Below the pieces are notes generated by a model. The model had not been told where the DNA came from. It was given only the letters and a program-made list of their open reading frames with translations, and made no database searches. From Chiloscyllium plagiosum (lineage: Eukaryota): DNA of 64,000 nucleotides. The position numbers were made by a program, and so were the translations under genes. Of this stretch, positions 63,969 to 64,000 are shown piece by piece (position 1 is the first letter of the stretch; each line of letters opens with the position of its first letter). Location of the stretch: positions 56,121,297-56,185,296 of the forward strand of contig NC_057719.1 of the NCBI RefSeq assembly GCF_004010195.1, given 5' to 3'.

Positions 63969-64000
63969 TTTTCCAAATAACTACATGATGCCAGAAATGC

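Noticed and set aside
1..64000. CRISPR array, operon or other prokaryotic system
   Set aside because: No regularly spaced repeat-spacer array and no gene-dense coding; the recurring sequences are dispersed vertebrate retroposons.

Overview
Eukaryotic, AT-rich, repeat-dense DNA with no recognisable intact host gene. The repeats (HE1-type tRNA SINEs, HER1/CR1 LINEs, a Deu-domain SINE) point to a cartilaginous fish, most likely a shark. This is inferred from recalled family consensus, not from a search. Almost all listed ORFs are fragments of decayed transposons. These comprise about 27 CR1-clade LINE pieces (strongly biased to the + strand), several Penelope-like elements (PLEs), PIF/Harbinger remnants (two intron-containing Myb/SANT genes and a DDE transposase), Gypsy gag and pol remnants, a solo LTR with a 4-bp TSD, three TA-target Tc1/mariner (pogo/Tigger-like) MITEs and several SINEs. 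A 535-N assembly gap lies at 45129-45663. Main observations: (1) about 11 minimal hammerhead-ribozyme cores from three PLE families; (2) five PLE insertions of 127 bp to 2.2 kb sharing one architecture (inverted 3' ends, one lacking a ~35-nt tail, inside a 9-14 bp TSD), one enclosing foreign CR1 DNA; (3) a 109-bp near-perfect local copy of unique DNA inside an old PLE; (4) deep nesting of insertions; (5) repeat-free islands that look like conserved non-coding enhancers. Repeat boundaries are approximate unless a TSD or TIR is quoted.
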